A DNA stretch of 64,000 nt from an uncultured Alphaproteobacteria bacterium (GTDB taxonomy: Bacteria > Pseudomonadota > Alphaproteobacteria > RF32 > CAG-239), in NCBI GenBank assembly GCA_944390355.1, contig CALXPT010000006.1:5826-69825 (forward strand), read 5' to 3'. The notes beneath the pieces were generated by a model that was not told where the DNA came from, ran no database searches, and worked only from the letters and a program-made list of their open reading frames with translations. Position numbers and translations under genes: made by a program. Below, piece by piece: positions 17,910 through 29,192 of the stretch; within the stretch, counting starts at the first letter, position 1; each line of letters begins with the position of its first letter.

Positions 17910-19499
17910 TTATTTTCCTTTTTTAGGCAACAGTCTCTTAAAATCATTAAAATCAATCACATTAAACATTTTACCGACAAGCAAAAAAGTTGCAAGACCG
18001 AAAACGCCAAGCCCGCCCAAAAAGAACAAACGCCACCAAATATTCAAAGCGAGCCAGTTTCCGAAACAACGGTTTAAGAAAACTTCACCGCCGAGCAAAG
18101 CCACCGCCATGATAGCAGAAACAAAAATAATTTTAAAAATTTTAACATTGAGAGCCCGCGAAAATTTCCAATAACCTCTTTTTTTCAAACCGCGTTTATA
18201 TTGATAAAACGAAACAAAAGCAGCCAAAGTTGTGGCAAAAGCAACACCGACATGCCCGAAAGGTTTCATTAAAAGGATAGAGAAAACCAAATTGCAAATA
18301 AAAACAATAATACTATACTTCACGGGAGTTTTGGTATCACCGCGAGCAAAAAAATTCGGAGTTAAAGCCTTAACCAAAACATAAACCGGCAACCCGATAG
18401 AATAAGCGACGATAGCCCGCGCGGTCATAGTAGTTTCCAAAGTGCCGAATTTACCATGCTGAAACAAAATATTAACCACCGGCTCCGCCAAAACAATCAA
18501 GGCCGCAGCGGCCGGAACGGAGAGTAAAGCCCCATATTCAACGGCTTTTTCCTGCAATCTGGCGGCTTCTTTAAGATTCTCTTCCTTAATATTTTTGGAT
18601 AGGACCGGCAACAAAGCGACACTGATAGCCGCCCCGATAACCCCCAACGGCAGTTGCTGGAGTCTGTTGGCATAATAAAGCCAAGAGATAGCACCGGTAC
18701 CGACTAAAGAAACAAGAATGGTATCCACCATCATGTTAATCTGATAAACACCGGCTCCCAAAACCCCCGGAGCAATTCTTTTAAACAACGTACGAATATC
18801 CTGTAATTTTAACAACTTGAAGACATTCCATTGCGGATGAATAGCCACACCGGCATGCTTCAAAAAGAACATTAGCCAAAACACTTCGAGCACACCGGCA
18901 ACGGTAACCCCGAAAGCGATTCCATGAGCAGGAGTCGCCCCTAAAGGAGTAAAAGCAAAAGCCGAAACAATAATCATCAAGTTCAAAATAATCGGAGCAG
19001 CGGCAGGAGCAGCAAATTTATTAAGAGAATTAAGGATTCCCGATTGAAAAGAAACAATGGAAATAAACAATAAAAAAGGAAAAGTAATTTGAGAGAGTTG
19101 CGTTGCGAGAGCAATTTTCTCAGGGTCGGAATGGAATCCCGGAGCCAAGAGCAAAACGAGCTCGGGCATAAAAAATTCCATAACCAAAGTAAAAACCAAA
19201 AGAAAAAAAGCCAAAACCGAGATAGCCTGAGAGGCAAAACGCATAGCCTTATCCTGTCCATCGGAAACCATTTTGGCGGAGAGCATCGGAACAAAAGCAG
19301 AAGTAAATGCACCTTCGGCAAAAAGGCTTCGAAACAGATTCGGCAGTTTAAAGGCCACAAAAAAAGCATCAGCAACTTTTCCTGCCCCCAAAAAATTAGC
19401 CAAGACCATATCGCGAAAAAAACCGCTGACGCGGCTCAAGAGAGTAAATCCGCCAAAAGTAGCGACCGATTTAAAAAGAGACATCTGCGCCCCAATCAA
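17910..19499 (-). CDS. murJ: Lipid II flippase MurJ (MviN)
   Basis: 529 aa, polytopic. N-terminal 'LSRVSGFFRDMVLANFLGAG...DAFFVAFKLPNLFR' is the MurJ signature. Confidence 0.9.
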   Translation of the reverse strand: MIGAQMSLFKSVATFGGFTLLSRVSGFFRDMVLANFLGAGKVADAFFVAFKLPNLFRSLFAEGAFTSAFVPMLSAKMVSDGQDKAMRFASQAISVLAFFLLVFTLVMEFFMPELVLLLAPGFHSDPEKIALATQLSQITFPFLLFISIVSFQSGILNSLNKFAAPAAAPIILNLMIIVSAFAFTPLGATPAHGIAFGVTVAGVLEVFWLMFFLKHAGVAIHPQWNVFKLLKLQDIRTLFKRIAPGVLGAGVYQINMMVDTILVSLVGTGAISWLYYANRLQQLPLGVIGAAISVALLPVLSKNIKEENLKEAARLQEKAVEYGALLSVPAAAALIVLAEPVVNILFQHGKFGTLETTMTARAIVAYSIGLPVYVLVKALTPNFFARGDTKTPVKYSIIVFICNLVFSILLMKPFGHVGVAFATTLAAFVSFYQYKRGLKKRGYWKFSRALNVKIFKIIFVSAIMAVALLGGEVFLNRCFGNWLALNIWWRLFFLGGLGVFGLATFLLVGKMFNVIDFNDFKRLLPKKGK

Positions 19500-19604
19500 A
19501 CAATTTTTTTGTACAAATTAAACATTCTTTATTGAATTATACATAAAATAAGCTATAAATAAAGCAAATTAAAAAAATAACCGCAATTTTTTTGCATTTT
19601 AGTA

Positions 19605-19633
19605 TTGACAAACCTTTTTTTAATTGCGATAAT
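19605..19633 (+). promoter_or_regulatory. Sigma-70-like promoter for the 19709 gene
   Basis: TTGACA - 17 nt - GATAAT in an AT-rich divergent intergenic region. Confidence 0.45.
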
Positions 19634-19708
19634 AGACAAAAAGGGAGATAAGAAAGGAATGTTAAAATGCAAATAATATAACCCGATAAATAATTAAGGA
19701 GAAAAGTT

Positions 19709-20113
19709 ATGTCAATATTAAATGCCCAAACAGCAGAAAATCTATTCAGAAACAGTTCTGAAGCCCAAAAGTTTTTGAAAAAGCTTGGTGCACGCAGACA
19801 CCCGAGCGGCAATGTTCAAAATCAAACAATGACCGAAAAGCTCAGAGAACTCCATGATGCCCTAATAACAATGGACAGTGGTAAGAAATTAGCACATGGA
19901 AAAGCTTTAAACATGGAAGAAGCAAATGTCAAAGAAGCACAAAAAGATAGCCTCTATAATTCCCTGCTTGATATGGAAAGCGGCAAACATCTAGCCAAAG
20001 GCAACGTCTCAAGCATAGCCGCCGAAAAAGCCTACAATGCCGTATTAGCCGCGGAAAAAGAAATCGCCGCCAACCAAATGATGCAAGACCAACTTGGACG
20101 TAGCAGAGCATAA
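19709..20113 (+). CDS. Hypothetical protein with an internal repeat
   Basis: 134 aa. Contains 'MDSGKKLAHGKALN' and 'MESGKHLAKGNVSS' repeats. SD aaggaga. Confidence 0.45.
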   Translation: MSILNAQTAENLFRNSSEAQKFLKKLGARRHPSGNVQNQTMTEKLRELHDALITMDSGKKLAHGKALNMEEANVKEAQKDSLYNSLLDMESGKHLAKGNVSSIAAEKAYNAVLAAEKEIAANQMMQDQLGRSRA

Positions 20114-20237
20114 TGCCCATGATAGATATGTATAATTGAAAAAAGACATAACTTGAAGATAAAAAAACGAAGTTTGCAAAAACTTCGCTTTTTTATTGAT
20201 TAAAAATTAATAAAATCATGCTAGTATATCTCCCAAA

Positions 20238-21947
20238 ATGTATATTTGCGCAAATAGGAGACAAACAGTGTCTGATAAAGAAAACGCATATGATGAAATC
20301 ATAAACATAAATAATTTAATTTTTAAAGAAAAAGACTTTGATACGGTCTTAAGCAAAATCGTGGACTATATTCTTGAAAAATCTAAAGCAGATGGAACAT
20401 TTTTATACATAGTAAATGACGAAGGCTACCTAAATTTAGAAATATGCCGTATAAAGAGTCTGCAAATAAACAAAAACGGCAGCGATAATATAACACTGTA
20501 TCCGACTTCATACCTACCGGATTTAAAAAACGCAAAAAAAATAAGCATAGCAGAAGCAAGCGCCTTACACAAAGAAATAATCAACTACGCTAACGTAGCA
20601 ACCGCAACAGATTACAATACCAATATAACCAAATTTTTTGAAAAAGAAAATAACTACACCATAGTTTCTTGCCTAGCCCTGCCCATCATCAACAGAAAAG
20701 GTCAAATAAACGCGGTTATTCAGTTTATAAATGAACAAGATAATAATGGCAAAATAATAACCTTTACCCAAAACAAACAAAATTACTTGCAAAACCTATG
20801 CAATTTATTAGGTATAGCGCTAGAGAATCACCAGTTGCGTTCATCATACAACCAATTGCTTGAATCTTTTATTGAAGTATTGGCTCGAGCCATAGACGCA
20901 AAATCCCCTTACACCGGCGCACACTGCCAAAGAGTACCGGTTATCGCCCGAATGTTAACCACCGCAGCGGTACAAGAGACAACCGGACCTCTAAAGAATT
21001 TTGATATGTCGCGCGATGACTGGTATGCCTTAAATATTGCCTCATGGTTACACGATTGCGGCAAGATTACAACCCCGGAATATATTGTCGATAAAGCCAC
21101 AAAACTGGAAACGATATATAACCGCATTCACGAGATTCGCGACCGCTTTGAAATTCTGCGCCGCGATGCCCATATAGAATATCTGAAAAAACGCTTGGCA
21201 GGTACAGAAGACAAAGAAAGACTACAGGCCGAATTTGTAGCCAAAGTAGCCGAACTGGAAGATAACTTCAATTTCATAGCCAAGTGCAATACCGGAGATG
21301 TAGCACTAACTGACAACGACTTAAATCGTTTAGACAAGCTCTCAAAAATCAAATTTTTGCGTTATTTTGATAGAACCAAAGGTTTATCATGGGCAGAAAG
21401 AGACAATATCCAAAACCTCCAAAAATATCAGTCTCCTGCATATGAAAATCTGTTACAAAACCGCCAAGACCTTAACTTCAAGGGCTATAATTATGGCGAA
21501 TTGTATAATCTAAAAATAAAACAGGGAACGATTAATAAAGAAGAACGCAAAAAGATTAATGAACATATCGTCGTAACCATAGATATGTTAAAAGCGATAC
21601 ATTTCCCCAAAGAGCTGGCAAATGTAGTAGAATATGCCGGTGCTCACCATGAACGAGTAGACGGCAAAGGCTACCCCAACCAATTAACCGGAGACCAAAT
21701 GTCCGTACCGGCAAAAATCATGGCAATAGCAGACATTTTTGAAGCATTAACGGCAAACGACCGCCCCTATAAAGAACCTAAAAAATTAAGCGAAGTTCTT
21801 TCAATCATGAAAGACATGAAGAACAACGGGCACATAGACCCCGATTTATACCGCGTATTTATCGAAAACGAAGTTTATAAAGAGTACGCAGAACAATATG
21901 TATCTCCCGAACAAATTGATGAAATCCACCCTGAGGATTACTTATGA
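20238..21947 (+). CDS. HD-GYP domain phosphodiesterase with an N-terminal GAF-like sensor domain
   Basis: 'WLHDCGKITTPEYIVDKATKLE' (HD) and 'GAHHERVDGKGYPNQLTGDQMS..AKIMAIADIFEALTANDRPYK' (GYP). Confidence 0.8.
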   Translation: MYICANRRQTVSDKENAYDEIININNLIFKEKDFDTVLSKIVDYILEKSKADGTFLYIVNDEGYLNLEICRIKSLQINKNGSDNITLYPTSYLPDLKNAKKISIAEASALHKEIINYANVATATDYNTNITKFFEKENNYTIVSCLALPIINRKGQINAVIQFINEQDNNGKIITFTQNKQNYLQNLCNLLGIALENHQLRSSYNQLLESFIEVLARAIDAKSPYTGAHCQRVPVIARMLTTAAVQETTGPLKNFDMSRDDWYALNIASWLHDCGKITTPEYIVDKATKLETIYNRIHEIRDRFEILRRDAHIEYLKKRLAGTEDKERLQAEFVAKVAELEDNFNFIAKCNTGDVALTDNDLNRLDKLSKIKFLRYFDRTKGLSWAERDNIQNLQKYQSPAYENLLQNRQDLNFKGYNYGELYNLKIKQGTINKEERKKINEHIVVTIDMLKAIHFPKELANVVEYAGAHHERVDGKGYPNQLTGDQMSVPAKIMAIADIFEALTANDRPYKEPKKLSEVLSIMKDMKNNGHIDPDLYRVFIENEVYKEYAEQYVSPEQIDEIHPEDYL

Positions 21948-22663
21948 TAAAGATTTTTCCGATTTTATGCCGCGCCGGCACGATGGACAATTATGCCTAC
22001 CTGCTAACTGACGAGAAAAGCCAAATATCGGCAATTATAGACCCCTCAGAAGTAGCCCCGATACAAAAATTTTGCGAAACACAAAATATCAAACCCAAAT
22101 ATGTTTTAAACACCCACCACCATTTTGACCACACGGATGGCAATTTGGCACTCAAAAACCTCTACAATGTACAAATTGTCGGTCATTCTAAAGATGCACA
22201 CCGTATCCCTGGAATTGATATTTGCTTACAAGAAGGAGATTACTTTCAGCTTGGAGAAAGCCAAGCCCAAATCATAAGTGTCGATGGACACACTATCGGG
22301 CACATTTTATACTACTTTGCAAATTCTCAAACCTTATTTACGGGAGATATGCTATTCAACCTCTGCATCGGCGGTATTTTTGAAGGAACGGCAGAACAAA
22401 TGTGGCAATCGATTCAAAAAATAAAAGCCCTTCCGGAAGAAACACGCTTCTACCCCGGACACGAATATACGCGCTACGGAGCCAACGAAGCACTTTACTT
22501 CAGTCAAAATTCAGAGGAAGTAAAAAAATATCTGGAACAAGCACAAACGCACTTACAGCAAGGACTTCCGGCCGGTCCCTATACCTTAAAAGAAGAAAAA
22601 CAATGCAATCCCTACTTAACGGCAACAGACTTCAAAGAATTTGTACACCGCTTAAACAGCTAG
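21944..22663 (+). CDS. gloB: Hydroxyacylglutathione hydrolase (glyoxalase II, MBL fold)
   Basis: 'YVLNTHHHFDHTDGN' metal-binding motif and 'MDNYAYLL' N-terminus. 4-nt ATGA overlap with the upstream gene. Confidence 0.85.
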   Translation: MIKIFPILCRAGTMDNYAYLLTDEKSQISAIIDPSEVAPIQKFCETQNIKPKYVLNTHHHFDHTDGNLALKNLYNVQIVGHSKDAHRIPGIDICLQEGDYFQLGESQAQIISVDGHTIGHILYYFANSQTLFTGDMLFNLCIGGIFEGTAEQMWQSIQKIKALPEETRFYPGHEYTRYGANEALYFSQNSEEVKKYLEQAQTHLQQGLPAGPYTLKEEKQCNPYLTATDFKEFVHRLNS

Positions 22664-22666
22664 CGA

Positions 22667-23806
22667 TTATTCTTTTCCTAAAGAAACATTCCGGTTAATA
22701 TGAACGGAAAGCAAAATGCCGAAACTCGTCATGATGGAAAGCATCACCGTACCACCATAAGAAATAAGCGGCAAAGGAATACCCACGACAGGTATAAGCC
22801 CCAAAACCATAGCCGTATTAATAAAGACATAAAGAAAATAGTTTGTAGTTAATCCGATTGCCAAGACCTTTCCAAAATAGTTACTGCTTTTGAAAGCAAA
22901 CGAAAACCCATAAGCAATAATAACAAGATTAATAAGAATAATAGTCACCGCCCCAATCATACCAAATTCTTCAGATAACATAGTATAAATAAAATCGGTA
23001 TGTTTTTCCGGCAAAAAATTCAGATGGCTTTGCGTTCCTTTCAAAAAACCTTTACCAAAAACTCCACCTGAACCTAAAGCGATTTTAGATTGAATAATGT
23101 GATATCCGGCACCCAAAGGGTCTCTTTCTGGATTAAGAAAAGTTAACACTCTGTTTTTTTGATAATCATGCAAAAAATGCCACGCAATCGGAGCCATAAT
23201 AATCGCCGAAAGTCCGATAATACCAAACTTCCAAAGCTGAACCCCGATACAAAAGAAAATCGCGGTAGAAGTCATAATAAGCATCAACCCCGTACCCAAA
23301 TCCGGCTGCACAATAATCAGTCCGGCAGGCACAAGAACCATAAGCAACGGCGGAATCATACCCTTAATACTCTCAATAGATTGTAAAGGCACGCCATGAA
23401 AATACTTAGCTAAAGCCATAATCAAAGCAATTTTCATGAGTTCGGAAGGCTGTAACTTAAAGAATCCGAAGTTAATCCAACGCTGTGCCCCCATACCGAT
23501 ATGTCCGGACACATCAACCACGACCAGCAAAAACAAAGTAAAGATATAAAAGACATAAGCATAGCGCATAAGAAGTTTAATATCAATGAGAGCCACAACA
23601 AACATAAGCCCGAGACCGACACAAAAGCGCAACAATTGTTTATAAGCCCACGGGCTCCAACTACCGTTAGCAGCAGAATAAAGCATCACCACGCCGATAG
23701 CCGCTAACAAACAAATACAACAAACGAACCAAAAGCTGATATTCATCAACTTTTCTTTAATAGACATTCGCTGAGCACGAAAACTTGTTTCATATGGCTT
23801 ATACAT
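22667..23806 (-). CDS. mrdB: Peptidoglycan glycosyltransferase RodA
   Basis: 379-aa SEDS protein downstream of PBP2. Has the 'GSGGVFGKGFLKGTQSHLNFLPEKHTDFIY' motif. Confidence 0.9.
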   Translation of the reverse strand: MYKPYETSFRAQRMSIKEKLMNISFWFVCCICLLAAIGVVMLYSAANGSWSPWAYKQLLRFCVGLGLMFVVALIDIKLLMRYAYVFYIFTLFLLVVVDVSGHIGMGAQRWINFGFFKLQPSELMKIALIMALAKYFHGVPLQSIESIKGMIPPLLMVLVPAGLIIVQPDLGTGLMLIMTSTAIFFCIGVQLWKFGIIGLSAIIMAPIAWHFLHDYQKNRVLTFLNPERDPLGAGYHIIQSKIALGSGGVFGKGFLKGTQSHLNFLPEKHTDFIYTMLSEEFGMIGAVTIILINLVIIAYGFSFAFKSSNYFGKVLAIGLTTNYFLYVFINTAMVLGLIPVVGIPLPLISYGGTVMLSIMTSFGILLSVHINRNVSLGKE

Positions 23807-23820
23807 CTATAACAACCTCA

Positions 23821-25644
23821 TCAATGCGTCCGATAGACAACCGGATCAAGAATCAAAGCATTTTTTAAAATCTGACTTGCAATAGGAGCGGCGGCCGTTG
23901 ATCCACCACCACCATGTTCGACTAATACAGCCACGGCATATTTAGGATTATCAGCAGGAGCATAGCCAATAAAAATAGCGTGGTCGCGATATTTCCAAGG
24001 CAAATCCTCCTGTTTAACAATACCTTGTTGACGTTCTTGAAGCGTAATACGGCGCACTTGAACTGAACCTGTTTTTCCGGCCATTTTCATACCATTGTAG
24101 TCAAATCTGGATCGCCAAGCCGTACCATGTTGATAATTAACCACCTCAAACATACCCTGTTTAACCAAATCCAAATAAGAATCAGAGACTTTAATTTTTT
24201 TAATTTTGAGCAATCTTTTATCAGAAACAGGGAAAAAGGTGGGAACGACCTCAAAAGCCCCGTTAACCAAGCGCGCGGTCATTGTTGCTAATTGCAAAGG
24301 AGTAACCAAGAGAGACCCTTGTCCGATACCGACAATCAACGTCTCCCCTTGCTGCCACGGTTCACCCTTAGTTTTCAATTTCCATTCTCGATCAGGCACC
24401 AAGCCGGAAAGCTCATTTTCTAAACCGATATTAATTTTTTTCCCCAAACCGAAACGTCTGGCCATATTGGCAATTTTATCAATTCCGACCCGCATAGCTG
24501 TTTCATAAAAAAAGATATCACAAGAATGCATCAGAGCTTCAACCACATTCAAACTACCGTGTCCCCAATGTTTCCAACAATGGAACAAATGGTTACCGAG
24601 AGCCATTTTTCCACCGCAAAAAATCTTTGTATCCGGCTTTATAGCCTTAGATTCTAATCCAGCCAACGCCACAAGAGGCTTAAACACAGACCCCGGAGAA
24701 TAATGACCTTGAATAGCTTTATTAACTAAAGGAGTTTTTTCATTCGATTGTAAAGCATTCCATTCCTTATGGGTCAGTCCTCTGGCAAAAGCATTGGGAT
24801 CGAAAGCTGGTGTAGAAACAAAAGCCAAGATTTCACCACTATGAACATCTAATAAAATAGCAGCACCGCTCTGCTCACCAAACGCATCATAAGCTTTTTC
24901 CTGTAATCTCGCATCAAGGGTTAAAGTAATATTTTCACCCGCTTGACCTTCATTTCGTTCAATTTCCTTCATTACGCGCCCATAAGCATTAACTTCCATT
25001 TTCAAGATACCGCTTTTACCGCGCAATCTTTTTTCCAAAAACTTTTCAATACCGGATTTTCCTATTTTAAACCCCGGCACTTCCAAGAGGGGGTCATCTT
25101 TTTCATCGGAGTCGGAAACAGCCGCAACATAGCCCAAAACCTGAGCCATTTTTTCGCCGTAAGGATAATAGCGGTTCAACCCTTCTTCAATATAAATTCC
25201 AGGCAAATCCTCAATATTGAGTTGAACTTTAGCCACCTCCTCCCAAGTCAAGTTATCCATAATTTTAACAGGCACAAAACTACGATTACGTTTCAAATCA
25301 CGTTTAACGCGTTTTTCTTCATCAGGAGAAAGAGGCATAATTTTTTTTAACGCATCAAGAGTATCTTGAACATTAGCTGTTTGCTCGGCAACAATCATAA
25401 CCTGAAAATTTTGTTCATTAGTTGCTAATATTTCGCCGTTTCGATCATAAATAATACCTCTTTGCGGGATAATCAAACGGGTAGAAATACGGTTTTCATC
25501 CGCAAGCATTTTGAATTGATCGGCTTGAAAGACCTGTAGATAATACAAACGGAAAACGATTCCGAGCAACAAGAGAGCCATTCCGCAAGCCATAATAAGC
25601 GAGCGTTGTAATAAAACCTTGCCTTTATCATTATCCCTATTCAT
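23821..25644 (-). CDS. mrdA: Penicillin-binding protein 2 (elongasome transpeptidase)
   Basis: 607 aa with SxxK (STFK-like 'SVFKP'), SxN and KTG ('KTGS') motifs. Lies in the mre cluster. Confidence 0.9.
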   Translation of the reverse strand: MNRDNDKGKVLLQRSLIMACGMALLLLGIVFRLYYLQVFQADQFKMLADENRISTRLIIPQRGIIYDRNGEILATNEQNFQVMIVAEQTANVQDTLDALKKIMPLSPDEEKRVKRDLKRNRSFVPVKIMDNLTWEEVAKVQLNIEDLPGIYIEEGLNRYYPYGEKMAQVLGYVAAVSDSDEKDDPLLEVPGFKIGKSGIEKFLEKRLRGKSGILKMEVNAYGRVMKEIERNEGQAGENITLTLDARLQEKAYDAFGEQSGAAILLDVHSGEILAFVSTPAFDPNAFARGLTHKEWNALQSNEKTPLVNKAIQGHYSPGSVFKPLVALAGLESKAIKPDTKIFCGGKMALGNHLFHCWKHWGHGSLNVVEALMHSCDIFFYETAMRVGIDKIANMARRFGLGKKINIGLENELSGLVPDREWKLKTKGEPWQQGETLIVGIGQGSLLVTPLQLATMTARLVNGAFEVVPTFFPVSDKRLLKIKKIKVSDSYLDLVKQGMFEVVNYQHGTAWRSRFDYNGMKMAGKTGSVQVRRITLQERQQGIVKQEDLPWKYRDHAIFIGYAPADNPKYAVAVLVEHGGGGSTAAAPIASQILKNALILDPVVYRTH

Positions 25645-25646
25645 AA

Positions 25647-26165
25647 TTAAGCCTCATCCGTCATTAGAGAGTTCTGAACAAAAACATTGATAAGAGTAAG
25701 AATAGGATAAGCAAAAACCGAAACAACAAAAGCAAACCCCAATAACTGTACAGGCAAGAATTCAGCCCAAAAAACAGAAGCAATAAACCACTTGGCAAAC
25801 AAGGCTACGAACTCCGCCAAAACAAAACCGGCCCACATAACCTCAAAAGACTTACCGTTAAAATACTTCAACAAATTAGAAACAAAGACATATAAAATTA
25901 ACAACTGGAAGACGGAAATTCCATAAGGAGCGGAAGACAAAGCCCCTTCAAACAAGCCCAAAACGAACACCGAAAACAAATTAAAGACATCAGGACGATG
26001 CAAGAGCCAATAATAAACACAAGCCACGCTAACCGAAGCATGAACATTCGAAGAAAAAAAGACATTAAAGGGCACATAAGAAAAAGCAATTAAAAAGATA
26101 GAAGACAACAACGGCATCATCCGTTGTAACAAAAGTTTTAAGGATTCGGAAAAGCTATCATTCAT
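25647..26165 (-). CDS. mreD: Rod shape-determining protein MreD
   Basis: Hydrophobic 172-aa product. The ATG at 26165 forms an ATGAATGA overlap with the mreC stop. The ORF-track start at 26219 would overlap mreC by 62 nt. Confidence 0.7.
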   Translation of the reverse strand: MNDSFSESLKLLLQRMMPLLSSIFLIAFSYVPFNVFFSSNVHASVSVACVYYWLLHRPDVFNLFSVFVLGLFEGALSSAPYGISVFQLLILYVFVSNLLKYFNGKSFEVMWAGFVLAEFVALFAKWFIASVFWAEFLPVQLLGFAFVVSVFAYPILTLINVFVQNSLMTDEA

Positions 26166-27036
26166 CGCCACCCTCCGTCTCGACTTGAGCAGGATTTTCC
26201 TCTTGAGCATAAGAAACAATCTTCACATACTCAACCCTGTCCAAATCGGCATAAGGCAAAACACGAATTTCTCTTTGGCTTACTTTTGAAACCACACCAA
26301 CGGGCAAGCCGGACGGAAAAACGCCGGCCACACCGGAAGTAACAATCCTGTCGCCTTCCTTAATTTCGGAAAAAAGCGGTGTAAACACAAGTTTAGGCTG
26401 AAGAGTATTATCACCGGCCAAGATACCGCGCACGCGTGTTTTTTCAATCATGACGGGGATACGAGAGTTAATATCGGTAATCAATAAAATTTTGCTGTAA
26501 ATATGACCGACTTTATCCAAACGTCCGACTAAACCACGTTCGGTTAGAACCACCTGTCCCTTCTGAGGGCGAGCTCCTTTTCCGGTATAAGCGATGAGAG
26601 AATGGGAAAAAGCATCCCCTTCTTCGGCAATCACACGAGCGGTAATCAAATTTTCTTCATCAGGACGTTTATAATTTAAGAGTTGAGCCAACAGCCTGTT
26701 TTCAATTTCAAGAGAACGAGCACGCTCACTAATTAGGCGGAGTTTTCTGTTTTCGGCACGCAACAATTTATTTTCACGTCTGGCCAAACGCAAATCTTTG
26801 AGATAATCATAGATAAAAGAAATTCCTTTAGCCGGCAGGTTAAGAAAATCGACAACAGGACTAACCACATCGGTAGCCACGGAAGAAGTTCTATCGACCA
26901 AAACCGTATCAGTTTTATTGAGGAGCATCATAACAAAAGCCACAACAAAAAGAATGACTAAAGCAAACTTTTTAATCAGCAAGCGAATATGGCTTAATTG
27001 AACAAACAACACTCTCCGACGTTTCATAATGGCCAA
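26158..27036 (-). CDS. mreC: Rod shape-determining protein MreC
   Basis: N-terminal TM segment, coiled-coil 'RRENKLLRAENRKLRL', and a beta-rich C-terminal domain. Positioned between mreB and mreD. Confidence 0.85.
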   Translation of the reverse strand: MAIMKRRRVLFVQLSHIRLLIKKFALVILFVVAFVMMLLNKTDTVLVDRTSSVATDVVSPVVDFLNLPAKGISFIYDYLKDLRLARRENKLLRAENRKLRLISERARSLEIENRLLAQLLNYKRPDEENLITARVIAEEGDAFSHSLIAYTGKGARPQKGQVVLTERGLVGRLDKVGHIYSKILLITDINSRIPVMIEKTRVRGILAGDNTLQPKLVFTPLFSEIKEGDRIVTSGVAGVFPSGLPVGVVSKVSQREIRVLPYADLDRVEYVKIVSYAQEENPAQVETEGGDE

Positions 27037-27106
27037 ACTCTATAAAAAGTAAAGAATCCAAACGCGCCAGCCGAAAGAGCTGACGCATTTGAATTTTGAT
27101 TAAAGG

Positions 27107-28162
<1,056 letters not shown>

Positions 28163-28227
28163 CTATTTGAGTTCATAAAAAAATAATTTATTTTGTTTTA
28201 TAACGATATGAGGAGCTATGCAACATC

Positions 28228-29163
28228 TTAAAGCATCTTTTTAACATCATAAATAAGATTTTCCAAAATTTCTTTCTGCCCGAGATAACATTGATGAATC
28301 ACTGCATCAGCTTTAAGTTTATTTTTAAACCACGTCCGCTGGCGTTTGGCATATTGACGCGTATGAAGTTTAGCGGATTCGATGGCATCTTCCAAAGAAT
28401 ATTTCCCACGCACATACCCCAACAACTCAGGCACCCCCAAGGCACGCATGGCGGGCAGCTTATCATTCAAAGAAAGAGCTGACAAAGCCTTAATTTCATC
28501 AAGAGCACCTTGAGCAATCATTTTATCAAAACGCAAAAAGCAGCGTTCATCAAGCTCCGCTTTATCCGGCAGAAGGGAGATAACAAAAAAACGAGCAGAA
28601 GGCAAAAGCTTTTTCATAGGTTGTTTGTGCCAATCGCTGAGTTTTTTACCGGTATCAAAATAAACCTCGAGCGCACGGCGAACACGCGTCGTATCATTAC
28701 AGCTTAATTTTGCGGCACTCTCTGCATCAAAAGAAGAAAGCAATTGATGACACTTGACAACTCCGTCACATTTGAGCATCTCCGCAACTTTTTTCTTAAC
28801 TTCGGGCTTTGTCTCGGGAATAGGCGTAACCCCGTTAATCAAAGCATCTAAATACAACCCCGTACCGCCGACAAGCATAGGGATTTTATGATTTTGCCAC
28901 AAGTCATGAATACACTTAACAGCTTCGCTGGCCCAATCCACAACCGAACTGTTAAAAGAAGCATCCCACATTTCATAAAGATAATGCGGAACAATTTTTT
29001 TATCGTTTTCATTAGGACAAGCAGCAATAATCGGCGTATTTTTATAAACCTGCATTGAATCGGCATTAACAACGGCACCGTTAAAATACAGAGCCAAATC
29101 AATGGCGAGTTGAGACTTTCCCGAGGCGGTCGGCCCCGCCACCACAATCACAAAATTTTGCAT
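28228..29163 (-). CDS. miaA: tRNA dimethylallyltransferase
   Basis: 'VVAGPTASGKSQLAIDLA' P-loop at the N-terminus when started at Met 29163. The longer ORF-track start is unlikely. Confidence 0.9.
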   Translation of the reverse strand: MQNFVIVVAGPTASGKSQLAIDLALYFNGAVVNADSMQVYKNTPIIAACPNENDKKIVPHYLYEMWDASFNSSVVDWASEAVKCIHDLWQNHKIPMLVGGTGLYLDALINGVTPIPETKPEVKKKVAEMLKCDGVVKCHQLLSSFDAESAAKLSCNDTTRVRRALEVYFDTGKKLSDWHKQPMKKLLPSARFFVISLLPDKAELDERCFLRFDKMIAQGALDEIKALSALSLNDKLPAMRALGVPELLGYVRGKYSLEDAIESAKLHTRQYAKRQRTWFKNKLKADAVIHQCYLGQKEILENLIYDVKKML

Positions 29164-29192
29164 TAAACCTAATCTTTCCCAACAAATTCCAC

